Source of the DNA: Gemmatimonadota bacterium
GTDB lineage: Bacteria > Gemmatimonadota > Gemmatimonadetes > Gemmatimonadales > Gemmatimonadaceae
Length of the DNA stretch: 64,000 nt
NCBI GenBank assembly: GCA_040389905.1
Contig: JAZJZK010000015.1
Coordinates: 94,218 to 158,217, forward strand
Reading direction: 5' to 3'
The position numbers were made by a program, and so were the translations under genes. Shown in pieces: positions 40,522-50,040 of this stretch. Within the stretch, counting starts at the first letter, position 1; each line of letters opens with the position of its first letter. The notes under the pieces were generated by a model. That model saw only the letters and a program-made list of their open reading frames with translations, made no database searches and was not told the DNA's origin.

Positions 40522-41550
40522 CTAGAACAACCCCGGCTGCTCCGACGACCCCACGGGCGGAATGAACCCAAAGTGCCGGTAGGCCATCGCCGTTGCGACG
40601 CGACCGCGCGGCGTGCGCTGGAGGAACCCCTGTTGGACGAGAAAGGGCTCGTAGACCTCTTCGAGCGTGTTCGTATCCTCACCGATCGCCGCCGAGATCG
40701 TTGAGACGCCGACCGGCCCCCCATCGAACTTCTCGATGATGGCCTTGAGGATGCGCGCGTCCATGTCGTCGAGTCCAAACTGATCGACGTCGAGCATGGC
40801 GAGTGCGGCGCGGGCCACGTCGGTCGTGATGACACCATCCGCCCGAACCTGCGCATAATCGCGAACGCGTCGTAGGAGGCGATTGGCGACGCGCGGCGTG
40901 CCCCTCGACCGGCACGCGATTTCACGCGCGCCTGAGCGCTCGATCTCGACCCTCAATACCTCCGCGGTGCGGCGCACGATCAGCTCGAGGTCCTCCGGCG
41001 AATAGTAGTTGAGCCGTTGCTCGATGCCGAAGCGCGCGCGCATCGGCGGGGTGAGCATGCCGAAGCGCGTCGTGGCGCCGATGAGCGTGAAGCGCTCGAT
41101 GGGCATTGTGATCGTTTGCGCCTTCGGCCCCTCGCTGAGGCGAATATCGATCTTGTAGTCCTCCATGGCCGGGTAGAGAAACTCCTCGATGACAGGCCGA
41201 AGGCGATGGATTTCGTCGATGAACAGGATGTCGCCGGCGCGCAGGTTGGTCAGCGTTCCGACGAGATCGCCTGGCTTCTCCAGCGCGGGCCCGGAGGTTG
41301 TCCGGATGTTGACCCGGAGTTCCCGCGCGATCAGTTCGGCGAGCGTCGTCTTCCCGAGTCCGGGGGGACCGTAGAACACGGAGTGATCGAGTGGCTCATT
41401 GCGCGCCAGCGCCGCGTCGATCGCAAGCCGGAGGTTGTCCTTGACCTTCTGCTGGCCGATGAACTCGTCGAGTCGCTGGGGCCGCAGGGACAGCTCGACC
41501 ACCGATTCATCGGAGAGGATTTCGGGGGTCGTAATCTCGGCGCGGGACAT
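40522..41550 (-). CDS. ruvB: Holliday junction branch migration helicase
   Basis: [42 protein letters not shown]. Confidence 0.98.
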   Translation of the reverse strand: MSRAEITTPEILSDESVVELSLRPQRLDEFIGQQKVKDNLRLAIDAALARNEPLDHSVFYGPPGLGKTTLAELIARELRVNIRTTSGPALEKPGDLVGTLTNLRAGDILFIDEIHRLRPVIEEFLYPAMEDYKIDIRLSEGPKAQTITMPIERFTLIGATTRFGMLTPPMRARFGIEQRLNYYSPEDLELIVRRTAEVLRVEIERSGAREIACRSRGTPRVANRLLRRVRDYAQVRADGVITTDVARAALAMLDVDQFGLDDMDARILKAIIEKFDGGPVGVSTISAAIGEDTNTLEEVYEPFLVQQGFLQRTPRGRVATAMAYRHFGFIPPVGSSEQPGLF

Positions 41551-41748
41551 TGGCTCTTATCTACTTGCGGAAACGAGGGCGGACCAGTCAATATGCGCCA
41601 TGCGAACGAATACCGAAAGGAAGCCGAAAAACACAGCTGAGTGCGCTGTGACGTTCGACACGGCAAACTATTGCTAATCCCGACACGTTAGTTCAGCTTG
41701 CCAGTAAGATCGGTTATGCGTCGCTGTTCCCTCCCAGATACCCCACTC

Positions 41749-42849
41749 ATGCGATCACCCTCCCATTTCACGGAACGACGCTCACGCGGACGTATTCACG
41801 TCTTCGTGGGTCTTGCTGGCGTCGCGGCCATCGCGGCATGCACGATTCCCACGGACGCGCCCGTTACCGACGTGCGGTGGGTCGTCCCTTCGCAGACGCA
41901 ACGGATCGCGGTCGCGAACCTCCTGCCATCCGGCGTGAGCATCTTGGCGGATAGCAGCGGCTTCACCGTCACCGCCGCAACGCCGGCCCCGACGGTCCGC
42001 GCGCTCAGTCAGGATTGCGCGTCGTGCGTCGCGGCAAACGGCCTCACCGCGCCCAAGCCCGCCTTCATCGCGAGCGCAAGCATGACCACCACGTTGCCGT
42101 CGGACATCTCCTCCGCGACGCTCACTGGTGGGACGCTGAATGTCGTCATCACCAACAACTATACCTTCGATCCCATTCGCCCCAATCCGATTGCCGGTAC
42201 TCCAACCGGCTTCGCCGTCATCACGATCTCCAACGGATCGACGGTGCTTGGAAAGGATTCGGTAAACGGCGCAACGACGGCGATTCCCGCGAACGGCGGT
42301 TCGCTCAACCGCAACATCGCGCTCGCGGGCACCATTACGGGTACCGCACCCGTCACGGTGAGTGTCACGCTCAACTCGCCTGCGGGCGAGCCGGTGCTCA
42401 TCGATGCGTCGCGCACGATCATCGCGTCGGCCACGCCGCAGAACCTTCGCGTGGCGAGCGCCAACATCGCTGTCACCAGTAAGTCGGTGAGTTCAACGTC
42501 GACGATCGACCTCTCCAGCGTCGACAGCACGATCATCCGAAAGGTGCAGAGCGGAACGCTCCTGATGACCGTCGCCAATCCGTTTGCCGTCACCGGCACC
42601 CTTACCGTCAACCTGACGCCTGCAGGTGGTTCGGTCATCACCAAGAGCGTTGCCCTGGCCACTGGAAACTCGACGCCGAGCATCACATTCACGCAAACGG
42701 AAATCCAGCGATTGCTGGGCCACAGCGTCTCGATCAGCTATACCGGAACCGTGACTGGCACCGGCAGCGTCAACGTGTCCCCGAAGCAGGCAGTCGTCGT
42801 GCAGACGCGCCTCGACCTCAACCTCCAATTGGGGACCCTCAAGTCATGA
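41749..42849 (+). CDS. Thr/Ser-rich beta-sandwich lipoprotein, function unknown
   Basis: Lipobox IAAC; beta-strand-rich; ATGA-coupled to the downstream barrel gene; start uncertain. Confidence 0.75.
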   Translation: MRSPSHFTERRSRGRIHVFVGLAGVAAIAACTIPTDAPVTDVRWVVPSQTQRIAVANLLPSGVSILADSSGFTVTAATPAPTVRALSQDCASCVAANGLTAPKPAFIASASMTTTLPSDISSATLTGGTLNVVITNNYTFDPIRPNPIAGTPTGFAVITISNGSTVLGKDSVNGATTAIPANGGSLNRNIALAGTITGTAPVTVSVTLNSPAGEPVLIDASRTIIASATPQNLRVASANIAVTSKSVSSTSTIDLSSVDSTIIRKVQSGTLLMTVANPFAVTGTLTVNLTPAGGSVITKSVALATGNSTPSITFTQTEIQRLLGHSVSISYTGTVTGTGSVNVSPKQAVVVQTRLDLNLQLGTLKS

Positions 42850-44111
42850 AGACCACCCTACGCACTCTGGGCGTCGCGGCGGCGGTCATCCTCACCGCGC
42901 GCGTCGCGTCTGCGCAACTTCCCGAGGCGAGCGCCGCGGGTTTCTCCATGGCCGGCAACTACACCGCGGTCGCCCGTGGTTTCGATGCCGTCGCATTCAA
43001 TCCGGCGAACCTCGGCCTTCGGGACAACCCGTCGTTCTCCTTGAGCCTGTTCGCGCTCGGCGGCAACACCGGTCTCGACCCGGTCAAGTTCAACGACATC
43101 GCCGAGTTTGGCGGCAAGCTCATCCCGACGGGAACGAAAGAAAGCTGGCTCCAACTCATCGGAACCGGGAAGGAGCGGGGCGGCGTCGATGGCGGACTCT
43201 CGCTCATCGCCCTGAACATCAAGAATCTCGGTTTCCAGGTTGGCGTGCTGGCGACGGGAGAGATGAACCTCAATGCGGATGCGGCCGAGGCGCTGCTCTT
43301 CGGTAACGCTGGCCGGACGGGCACCGCGAAGAGCTTCAACCTGGCTGGCTCGAGCGCGAATGGCTCGGCCTTTGGAACGGGCGCCGTCAGCCTCGGCATT
43401 CCGCTCTCTACCGGCCCGAATGGAGAACAGTTCTCGATCGGCGTCACGGGCAAGTACATCGCCGGTATTGGCTCAGGCCGCGCAGCGGACAATGGGTCGA
43501 CCGTCACGCCGGACAACATCAAGGTTCAGTTTCCCACGCTGTACACGGACGAAGACAAAGTTGGCGATGCCGGTACCGGTTTCGGTGTGGACGTTGGACT
43601 CTCGTGGGCGAACGAGGCGACCACGTTCAGTGCGACGGCCCGCAACGTCATGAACACCTTCAAGTGGAAGACCGAATCGTTCGTCACACGTGTCGGCAAG
43701 GTCTCGTTCGATGGGACCAACAGCTCCTCCAGTTTCGAGAAGGCTCCATACTCCAGCGCACCGGCGGCACTGCGCGCGGAGTTGGAGGAGCAGAAGTTCG
43801 ATCCAGAAGTCGCGGTTGGCTTCGCCCACAAGGCTGGTTCCCTGCTCGTGTCGCTCGATGCGGGCAACCGGTTCGGCGACAAGGGCTTCGAAATCGGACC
43901 GAAGATGCACGTCGGCGGCGGCTTTGAGTTCTCGGGCCTTCCGATCCTCACGCTTCGCGGTGGCGCGGCGGCGGTGACCGATGGCTTCCAGGCCGCCGGT
44001 GGCGTCGGCATCCACCTCGGCCCTCTCGAGATCAGCGCTGGCGTCTCCACCCGTTCCCACAATGGCGGGTCGTCGTTGGGCGCAATGCTGAACATTCTTT
44101 CGATTCACTAA
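42846..44111 (+). CDS. Outer-membrane beta-barrel protein (DUF5723/TraF/FadL-like)
   Basis: Signal peptide; MAGNYTAVARGFDAVAFNPANL hatch-like motif; IGVTGKYI.G, GFGVDVG, LTLRGG. Confidence 0.75.
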   Translation: MKTTLRTLGVAAAVILTARVASAQLPEASAAGFSMAGNYTAVARGFDAVAFNPANLGLRDNPSFSLSLFALGGNTGLDPVKFNDIAEFGGKLIPTGTKESWLQLIGTGKERGGVDGGLSLIALNIKNLGFQVGVLATGEMNLNADAAEALLFGNAGRTGTAKSFNLAGSSANGSAFGTGAVSLGIPLSTGPNGEQFSIGVTGKYIAGIGSGRAADNGSTVTPDNIKVQFPTLYTDEDKVGDAGTGFGVDVGLSWANEATTFSATARNVMNTFKWKTESFVTRVGKVSFDGTNSSSSFEKAPYSSAPAALRAELEEQKFDPEVAVGFAHKAGSLLVSLDAGNRFGDKGFEIGPKMHVGGGFEFSGLPILTLRGGAAAVTDGFQAAGGVGIHLGPLEISAGVSTRSHNGGSSLGAMLNILSIH

Positions 44112-44134
44112 CGTCGAATGTCCTGATGAGTCGC

Positions 44135-44167
44135 GGGGCTGCACGTCACGATGTGACGTGCAGCCCC
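44135..44167. terminator. Perfect 15-bp hairpin between convergent genes
   Basis: GGGGCTGCACGTCAC-gat-GTGACGTGCAGCCCC; no clear U-tract. Confidence 0.55.
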
Positions 44168-44211
44168 TCACTCGTTACGCGACGCCCATTTGCCTCGGGA
44201 ACTGCAACTGC

Positions 44212-44295
44212 CGAGGAGCAGATTGTTCGGATTCGACGGATAAAAGCCGGATAAAGCACAAGGGCTGGCTTCGCATCCGTAAAATCCGCTCCTCG
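44212..44295. repeat. CGGAT-unit imperfect inverted repeat (same family as 997-1080)
   Basis: CGAGGAGCAGAT..CGGAT..CGGAT..CGGAT / ATCCG..ATCCGCTCCTCG. Confidence 0.75.
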
Positions 44296-44320
44296 AGCCG
44301 TTCACGCAGGTTGAGTGATT

Positions 44321-45589
44321 CTACCGTACGACACCAGCGAGTGAACCAAGACTGCCGTCGACCTTCGGCAATCCGGTCAATCGAAGTAGTCCAGCAAGAA
44401 ACGGATAAACATCGACATTCTTGAACGCCGGAATCACGCCGAGGGCCTTCACATTCGGCCCGGCGGCGATGAACGTTGCCCGCATGGCCCCGACGATCTC
44501 CGGCGGATAGCCGTGTTGCCCCGCGCTCGGCGCCCTGTCCGAGGACCTGCGCTGTAGCGTGTATCCCTCGTCGGCGACGACAATGAGGTCTCCGGCCCGG
44601 CGGTTCTCACGCGTTTGCCATGTTGCGGGCGTGTCTTGTCGCCGATACGCGCGCGCGTTCCAGAGCCGTTCCTGGAGCACCGGCAGGGCGCGCCGGGCGG
44701 TCGCGTCGTCGCCGAACCAGAGTGCCATCACTGGCCCATTATCTCCGAACTGCACCTTCGTGGTATCGATGCCGGCGCGCTGTAGGAGGTCTCCGACCGG
44801 TATGACCTGCGACGCCGGCGTCTCCGTCATACCATGATCGGATACCACCACAACGTTGATGCTGTCTGCGAACGGAAGCGCCCGCAGGCTATCGACCAGC
44901 CGGCGCACTGTCCCGTCCACCGATGCGACCGCGAGCGCAGTCTGCGGAGCGAGTGGTCCGAACTTGTGGGAGGAATCATCCACCTCGCTGAAGTACATCA
45001 GTAGCAGATGCGGCCGCTCCAGCGGGCCTTTCCTCAGCCATGACATCGCGCTGTCCACTCGCCGCGCGTTGGAAATCTTGCCGTCGTACTTGGTCCAGTA
45101 ACTCGGACGGACTCCGCCGATGGCCGCCTCCGAGCCCGGCCAGAAGAAGGCCGCCGCCTTCACGCCGTTGCGCTCGGCCGTCACCCAGATTGGCTCACCC
45201 CCGTACCAACTACTGTCCGTCACCGCCTTCGCGTCACCCAGGCGGTAGAACGCACCGCGATCGGGATCGAAGAACGCATTCCCGACGATCCCGTGGTGGC
45301 CGGGAGAAAGTCCGGTCACGAGCGTGTAGTGATTCGGAAAGGTCTTTGACGGAAAGGACGGGATCAGCGCTTCGCTGCGCACACCGCGAGACGCGAGCGC
45401 CGTGAGCGCCGGGGGATGGAAGCGCTCCACGTAGTCATAGCGAAATGCGTCGAGCGACACCACGACGACGTACGGGTGTGTGGCTGATCCGTTCAGGTTG
45501 GTGCCGCGTGCATTCACGCACGCGCCCGCCGCGCCGAGCAGCGCAAGTGCGCACCGCACGGCGCAGCGTGCAACGTCGCTACGGACCAT
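44321..45589 (-). CDS. Ectonucleotide pyrophosphatase/phosphodiesterase (alkaline phosphatase superfamily)
   Basis: SLDAFRYDY, PSKTFPNHYTLVTG, HGIVGN, VSDHGM, GQHGY; lipobox-like AGAC. Confidence 0.92.
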   Translation of the reverse strand: MVRSDVARCAVRCALALLGAAGACVNARGTNLNGSATHPYVVVVSLDAFRYDYVERFHPPALTALASRGVRSEALIPSFPSKTFPNHYTLVTGLSPGHHGIVGNAFFDPDRGAFYRLGDAKAVTDSSWYGGEPIWVTAERNGVKAAAFFWPGSEAAIGGVRPSYWTKYDGKISNARRVDSAMSWLRKGPLERPHLLLMYFSEVDDSSHKFGPLAPQTALAVASVDGTVRRLVDSLRALPFADSINVVVVSDHGMTETPASQVIPVGDLLQRAGIDTTKVQFGDNGPVMALWFGDDATARRALPVLQERLWNARAYRRQDTPATWQTRENRRAGDLIVVADEGYTLQRRSSDRAPSAGQHGYPPEIVGAMRATFIAAGPNVKALGVIPAFKNVDVYPFLAGLLRLTGLPKVDGSLGSLAGVVR

Positions 45590-46751
45590 GGTCCCTGAGT
45601 TGGTCGGGCAGCGTCCGCAAGCACTGCTCCGCGCGGCGCATCGTGTCGAACTTCTTGCAGAACGCGAAGCGTACCAACTTGTCGCCATCCTTCTTGTTGT
45701 TGTAGAAACTCGAGCCCGGCACCGTCGCGACACCGACCTCACGTGTCATCCACTTCGCGAAGGTGACGTCGTCCTTGTCCGTGAGTGCAGAAAAATCCGC
45801 GAGGAGGTAATAAGCGCCCTCGGGAATCTGAAAGGTGAAGCCAAGTTCCTGCAGCACGGGGACCAGCAGTTCGCGCCGCGCGCGATAGTCGAGCATCAAG
45901 TGATTGAAATAGTCGGCGTCGAACGCCATCCCGACCGCGACGGCCGCCTGCAGTGGCGCCGGGGCTCCGACGGTGAGAAAGTCGTGAACCTTACGGATCG
46001 CCGCGGTTTGCTTTTCGGGAGCAATGATCCAGCCGATACGCCATCCGGTGCAGCTCCACGTCTTCGAGGCACTGGACACGGTGATCGTACGCTCTCGCAT
46101 TCCAGGAAAGGTCGCCATCTCGTGATGATGGCCCGAGTACACCACATGCTCGTATGGCCCGTCGGTGATCACCCAGACGTCGTGCTTGATGCACAGGTCG
46201 GCGATGGTCTGCATCTCGGCGCGCGAGAACACGCGCCCCGTAGGATTGTGCGGCGTGTTCAGAACCAGCGCTTTCGTGCGCTTGGTGAAGGCCTTCTCGA
46301 GGCGGTCGACGTCGAGTGTCCAGTGCGGCTTTTCGAGCGGGACGAAGGTCGGGACCGCGCCGGCGAGAATGGCGTCGGGGCCGTAGTTCTCGTAGAAGGG
46401 CTCCAGGATGATCACCTCGTCGCCCGGATCAATCAGCGCCATGAAGACCGACGCCATGGCTTCTGTGGCACCGCAGGTGACCGTCACCTCGCGATCGTGG
46501 TCGACGTCCATGCCGTACCAGCGGCGATACTTCTCGGCGATTGCGATGCGGAGCGCCGAGCTCCCCCAGGTGACCGCGTACTGGTTGATGTCCCCGTGAA
46601 TCGCCGCGCATGCCGCCTCCTTGAGCGGCTCGGGCATCGGGAAGTCGGGGAAGCCTTGCGCGAGGTTCACCGCCTCGTGCTGGTTGGCGATGCGGGTCAT
46701 CTCGCGGATGACCGATTCGGTGAACGATGCGGTGCGGCGGGCAGCGAGCAT
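45579..46751 (-). CDS. Class I/II PLP aminotransferase (YbdL-like)
   Basis: NLAQGFPDF, GATEA, NTPHNPTG, SASKT.SCTGWRIG, VRFAFCK. Confidence 0.93.
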   Translation of the reverse strand: MLAARRTASFTESVIREMTRIANQHEAVNLAQGFPDFPMPEPLKEAACAAIHGDINQYAVTWGSSALRIAIAEKYRRWYGMDVDHDREVTVTCGATEAMASVFMALIDPGDEVIILEPFYENYGPDAILAGAVPTFVPLEKPHWTLDVDRLEKAFTKRTKALVLNTPHNPTGRVFSRAEMQTIADLCIKHDVWVITDGPYEHVVYSGHHHEMATFPGMRERTITVSSASKTWSCTGWRIGWIIAPEKQTAAIRKVHDFLTVGAPAPLQAAVAVGMAFDADYFNHLMLDYRARRELLVPVLQELGFTFQIPEGAYYLLADFSALTDKDDVTFAKWMTREVGVATVPGSSFYNNKKDGDKLVRFAFCKKFDTMRRAEQCLRTLPDQLRDHGP

Positions 46752-46825
46752 GCGCGGCGGGCGAAGGGTGAGACGACATGAGATTCTCGCCCCTCGCGCG
46801 CCGCTCGGCTAGTGCTTCCCGTAGG

Positions 46826-47584
46826 TCACTCGTCCTTGCCTTTTCCGGTGATCGCGGAGAGCTGCGGACGCACCGTGAGGATGATGGCCCGGTCCTTATC
46901 GAGTGCGGCGGTTCCGAGGACGACAGTCTGTCCGATGGGCACCGTCAGTCCCGTGGACAACAGGCTCTCGACGATTCGGCCCCCCGCGCCCGGAGTTCCC
47001 GGAACCCAATTTCTGTCGAGGCTGACCTTGAGTTTGACGCTGGCATCTGCGCCGTTCGTTCGGACGTCCTCGACTTCGATATTGAGGGTGAACTTTTGCC
47101 CATCTGCACTCACCGTCTCGCTCGCGTGGTGCATCGCGCCGCTCGTCAGCACGCTCGTGCCGATCAATTTGTAGCCCGTGTACTTGAGAACGCTGCGAAG
47201 GAGGGAATCCAGCGACGCGATCTCCGGCGAACGGCTGTTGCTCTTGTCGGCCGCGATGAGCTGAAAGGTGAACCCCACGGTCTCGGCGCCACGGTCGTAC
47301 TTCTGCAGGATCGAGAGCATTCGGCCGTAATTGGCAACGGTCTCACGGATCGTCACGGACTGGCCATCAGGAGTCTGGAAGACTCCGCCGGCCGGTCTGC
47401 CCTGAAACGGGAGTGTGACCGCGTACGGCGTCAGCAGCATGACTGCGGCCTGTGACGACAGGTGCTTCAGCGGCACCGTTACGACGATCACCGTGTCCTG
47501 GCCGGCCCTTTGTTCGATTTGCGCGACTGCGCTGGATTGTGTCCCCAGCAGCATCACCGCGAGTAGGGCGAGCATTCTTCTCAT
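46826..47584 (-). CDS. Exported protein with a secretin-N (NolW)-like domain
   Basis: Signal peptide; VPLKHL...LLTP...SVTIRET......ILQKYD; beta-rich C-terminus with GQTVVLG...IILTVRP; GGAGG RBS. Confidence 0.65.
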   Translation of the reverse strand: MRRMLALLAVMLLGTQSSAVAQIEQRAGQDTVIVVTVPLKHLSSQAAVMLLTPYAVTLPFQGRPAGGVFQTPDGQSVTIRETVANYGRMLSILQKYDRGAETVGFTFQLIAADKSNSRSPEIASLDSLLRSVLKYTGYKLIGTSVLTSGAMHHASETVSADGQKFTLNIEVEDVRTNGADASVKLKVSLDRNWVPGTPGAGGRIVESLLSTGLTVPIGQTVVLGTAALDKDRAIILTVRPQLSAITGKGKDE

Positions 47585-47994
47585 TCGGTTCCTCCTTGCG
47601 TAAGCCAAACGATCGTCACCTTGGGGTCTTTCGTCTTGATCACCGTCGCCGTCTGTCCGGGGCTCACGTCGACGGACACGACGTCCGCTATTCGCGCGTC
47701 TTCGGGAGGACCCAGGACGCTGTCGCGATGGCCTCGCACGATGAACACCGCGACGGCCGCCGCGGCGATGGGCACGAGCGTCCATCCGATGACGCGCCGA
47801 ATGCGGGGTCGTTCAACCGGCGTCTGCGTCGCGAGGAGTGCGGCGAGCGAACGCGTGGTGCCCTCGAGCCGCGCGCCGATTGCCGCGCACGCGGCGCACT
47901 CGCGCAGGTGGATTGCCAACGCACTCTGGCCTTCGGAGCGCAACTCGGCTCGTTCAGCGCTGAGCATCGCCTCCCACGATTCATTGCATGTCAC
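47581..47994 (-). CDS. Zinc-binding (ZAS) membrane anti-sigma factor
   Basis: N-terminal MTC, HLRECAAC (HxxxCxxC), single TM; coupled to the ECF gene. Confidence 0.85.
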   Translation of the reverse strand: MTCNESWEAMLSAERAELRSEGQSALAIHLRECAACAAIGARLEGTTRSLAALLATQTPVERPRIRRVIGWTLVPIAAAAVAVFIVRGHRDSVLGPPEDARIADVVSVDVSPGQTATVIKTKDPKVTIVWLTQGGTE

Positions 47995-48566
47995 GAGAAA
48001 AACTCCTTCAGCAGTGGTTCGTGTCGCTCGAGCATTCGTGCCCTGATTGCGCGACGCGCCTTGAAGAGGTGCGCACGCACCGTTGACTGCTCCATTCCGA
48101 GCTCGCGCGCGACGTCGGCGGGTTCGCGTCCGCGCAGATCGACTGCCTCGAAGATCTGGCGCTGCCCGCGGGGCAATGCGTCGACGTACCGAAGCACGAG
48201 CGCTGCGACGGCCTGTTCGTCGTGCGCTGTCCTGGCATCCGACGTCGTACTCACAACGTGCGTGCTGAGAATCGCCCGCTTCGCCGCGCGTCGGTGCTCC
48301 GCCCGCTCATGCTCGAGTGCCGCATTGCGAGTGACCGAGAAAAGCCATGTCGAGAAACGGCTGCGGCCCTGATACTTGTCCAAGCGCCGCTCCAAACCGA
48401 TCAATACATCCTGGGCGATGTCGTCCGCGGAGTCGTCATCACCGGTGATTCGTGCGGCCCACCGGTGCACACGAGCCTGTACCCGCCGGACCAGCGCGTC
48501 CAGCGACGCGCGCCGGCCAGATCGGACTTCGTCGATCAGGCGGGAGAGCTCGGGCTCATCGGACAT
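47991..48566 (-). CDS. ECF RNA polymerase sigma factor
   Basis: ADDIAQD, SRFSTWLFSVTRN, LPRGQR, VARELG...STVRAHLFKAR. Confidence 0.92.
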   Translation of the reverse strand: MSDEPELSRLIDEVRSGRRASLDALVRRVQARVHRWAARITGDDDSADDIAQDVLIGLERRLDKYQGRSRFSTWLFSVTRNAALEHERAEHRRAAKRAILSTHVVSTTSDARTAHDEQAVAALVLRYVDALPRGQRQIFEAVDLRGREPADVARELGMEQSTVRAHLFKARRAIRARMLERHEPLLKEFFS

Positions 48567-48629
48567 GGCGTGTGTGGTAAGCACGACATTGGGACGGGGT
48601 GAACGACAGGGGCGTTTACTTCGCACCGC

Positions 48630-48845
48630 ACGTCAGAGAGTCAGAGAGTAAGAGCTTCAGTGCTCAGCGATCAGCCACAGCCAACAGATCGTCCGGGGGT
48701 GTGGCGTTCGCTGTTTTGTCGCCCCGGGCAGCGCGAAGGGGCGTGCGCCTCCGCCCTGCAATTCGCGCGACGTCCCCATTTACGCCACACCCCCTGACGT
48801 TCTGATAGCTGCGGCTGGCCCCTGAGCACCTGACAAAGCTGACGT
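48630..48845. repeat. Multi-segment inverted repeat enclosing a degenerate REP-like unit
   Basis: ACGTCAG/CTGACGT, GTGCTCAG/CTGAGCAC, CAGCCACAGC/GCTGCGGCTG, and GGGGGTGTGGCGT (48695-48707) / ACGCCACACCCCC (48782-48794). Inner TTTTGTCGCCCCGGGCAGCGCGAAGGGG. Arms match 4724-4777. Confidence 0.85.
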
Positions 48846-48866
48846 CCGGCGCACAAAGGTATGCCC

Positions 48867-49472
48867 CTATCTCCCGGCGATCTTTGCGAGTGCCGCCCGA
48901 ATCAGCTCTGGCGCCGTCGTCGCTGTCACCCCCGAGTCGATCGCCTTCCGCACCGCTTTCTCTGCATCCACCGCCGAGTACCCAAGCGAGATCAGCGCGC
49001 GAATCGCATCGTCCGTTCCTGCAGACGCTCCGCGACCCACCACCGCCTCGGAGCCCGCCGATTGCAGATCATCCAGCTTGTCTGCCAAGTCGAGGATCAT
49101 CTGCTCCGCCTTCTTCCGCCCCACGCGCGGTACCGACTGGAGCGTGACGATATCCTTTTCGCGAATGGCGCGCACGAGGCGGTCCGCCGTCAGCGACGAC
49201 AAGAGCCCCAGCGCCAGCGCCGGCCCCACGCCCTTCGCACCGAGCGTCTTCTGAAAGACACGTCGTTCATAGGCCGATGTGAAGCCGAACAACTGCCACC
49301 CGTCTTCCTTCACGACGAGATACGTGTGCAGCATGCAACGCTCGCCAACCTTGGGAAGCGCTTCGAACGCGCTCAACGGCACGGCAAGTTCGTAGGCGAG
49401 GCCGCCATCCGTGAACAGCTCGACGCGATCGAGCTCTTTCGTGATCAGCACTCCGGCGACTTGAACGATCAT
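48867..49472 (-). CDS. ruvA: Holliday junction DNA-binding protein
   Basis: MI....G, GLAYE, VKED...LFGF, KGVGP..AL, VPRVGRKKAE, ALISLGY. Confidence 0.95.
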   Translation of the reverse strand: MIVQVAGVLITKELDRVELFTDGGLAYELAVPLSAFEALPKVGERCMLHTYLVVKEDGWQLFGFTSAYERRVFQKTLGAKGVGPALALGLLSSLTADRLVRAIREKDIVTLQSVPRVGRKKAEQMILDLADKLDDLQSAGSEAVVGRGASAGTDDAIRALISLGYSAVDAEKAVRKAIDSGVTATTAPELIRAALAKIAGR

Positions 49473-50029
49473 GGTCGGTGGGTCCGCGTGTGTACCGCGC
49501 CGCTGACGATCTCGCGCGACGGCTCGCGCACGCGGCCGATAGCGTCGAGCCGTGGAATGTTCGCACTCATGATGCATGCGAGTGCCGCAGCGACGCCATC
49601 AGCCGCGTCGGTGGGTTGCGGCGCCGTCTTGAGGCGCAAGAGCCGAGTCAACATGAACTGCACCTGCTCCTTCGTTGCGCCGCCGGAGCCCACGACCGCC
49701 TTCTTGATCTCAGCGGGCGCGAACTCGTTGACCGCAATTCCGTGCTGCTCCGCGGCAAGCAGGATGACGCCGCGCGCGTGTCCGAGGACCACCGTGGTGC
49801 GCACGTTGCGCGAATAAAACACGTCTTCCACGGATAGCGCGTCGGGCCGGTGGCGCTCGATCAACTCGCAGATCCCCTCGTGAATCTCTCGGAGCCGGCG
49901 GGGCAGGGGTTCTCGCGCTTGCGTGCGGATGACGCCACACTCGACGAGCACCGGCGTCGCTGCTCCGCCTCCGCGCACGACGCCATAGCCAGTTGCCGCG
50001 GTGCCCGGATCGATGCCGAGGACGAGCAC
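49469..50029 (-). CDS. ruvC: Crossover junction endodeoxyribonuclease
   Basis: LGIDPG...TGYG, VEDVF, LGHARG, IKKAVVGSG.ATKEQV, DAADGVA. Confidence 0.96.
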   Translation of the reverse strand: MLVLGIDPGTAATGYGVVRGGGAATPVLVECGVIRTQAREPLPRRLREIHEGICELIERHRPDALSVEDVFYSRNVRTTVVLGHARGVILLAAEQHGIAVNEFAPAEIKKAVVGSGGATKEQVQFMLTRLLRLKTAPQPTDAADGVAAALACIMSANIPRLDAIGRVREPSREIVSGAVHTRTHRP

Positions 50030-50040
50030 CTGTCGCGAGC

